A stretch of 64,000 nucleotides of DNA from Lama guanicoe (lineage: Eukaryota): contig MU056144.1 in assembly GCA_013239625.1 (NCBI GenBank), positions 368,099 to 432,098 on the forward strand. The letters run 5' to 3'. The notes below the pieces were generated by a model. That model did no database searches. It was not told the origin of the DNA and saw nothing but the letters and a program-made list of their open reading frames with translations. This document shows positions 63,517-64,000 of this stretch, in pieces (position 1 is the stretch's first letter; the number at the start of each line of letters is the position of its first letter). The position numbers and the translations under genes were made by a program.

Positions 63517-63757
63517 CACAGGTTTCCTCTTTCAACCTTAATTTTTATTATAATTCTTTATGGGAATAACTAAACTCCACTATAAATAAGTATCCCATTC
63601 ATTTACTGAGTGACCTCAAAGTAGGAAGCACAAGCCATGGGAGATGAATTTTTTAACGTGTGCTTTTAAAGGATTTGTGTACCATGCTTACCACAGTAGC
63701 ATACTGTGGCTATAATACAGAAATACTTTGAGTAATGGCCATGGTACCAATTTTATC

Positions 63758-63788
63758 TATGTATGTATGTATGTATGTATGTATGTAT
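63758..63788. repeat. (TATG)7 microsatellite
   Basis: Seen directly. Confidence 0.95.
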
Positions 63789-64000
63789 TTAAATTCTTAT
63801 TTTTTATTGAGGTGTTATTGATTTCCAAATCCATTTTTATTTTTCACCCAAAGAGAATTTTTTACAAAGTAAGTGAGTTGGAAAGGTGGACACAGAATGT
63901 CTATGTATGTGCATGTGTGTTATCAGCTGTGCAGAATTTTAGAATTTATACAAAATATTTACTTATAGTACTTTTTAAAATCTTTATGCCTAATCATTAA

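Noticed and set aside
1-64000. CRISPR arrays, operons or other prokaryote-type systems
   Set aside because: The sequence is clearly mammalian non-coding DNA; no regularly spaced direct repeats or gene-dense ORFs are present.

Overview
64 kb of AT-rich mammalian genomic DNA, most likely from a camelid (camel/alpaca/llama). The basis is four copies of a tRNA-derived SINE matching the camelid Vic-1 type (GGGGAGGGTATAGCTCAGTGGTAGAG...GGGTTCAATCCCCAGTACCTCC...AAACCTAATTACCTCCCC) plus cetartiodactyl-type L1 3' ends. I recognise no protein-coding exon or RNA gene. The listed ORFs are chance ORFs or transposon remnants, so the window reads as intergenic or the inside of a long intron. It is a patchwork of ancient repeats (L2, MIR, L3, MER5/MER63/MER103 hATs, MaLR and ERV1 LTRs), younger L1 fragments and SINEs, microsatellites and three N-runs. 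The most notable items are: a MER41-like LTR with a tandem STAT1/GAS arrangement; a nested SINE-SINE-L1 structure; a twin-primed (5'-inverted) L1; and several very short L1 3'-UTR insertions with clustered breakpoints. I cannot support a new biological system here. Repeat family names come from recalled consensus sequences, not from a database search, and boundaries of old repeats are approximate.
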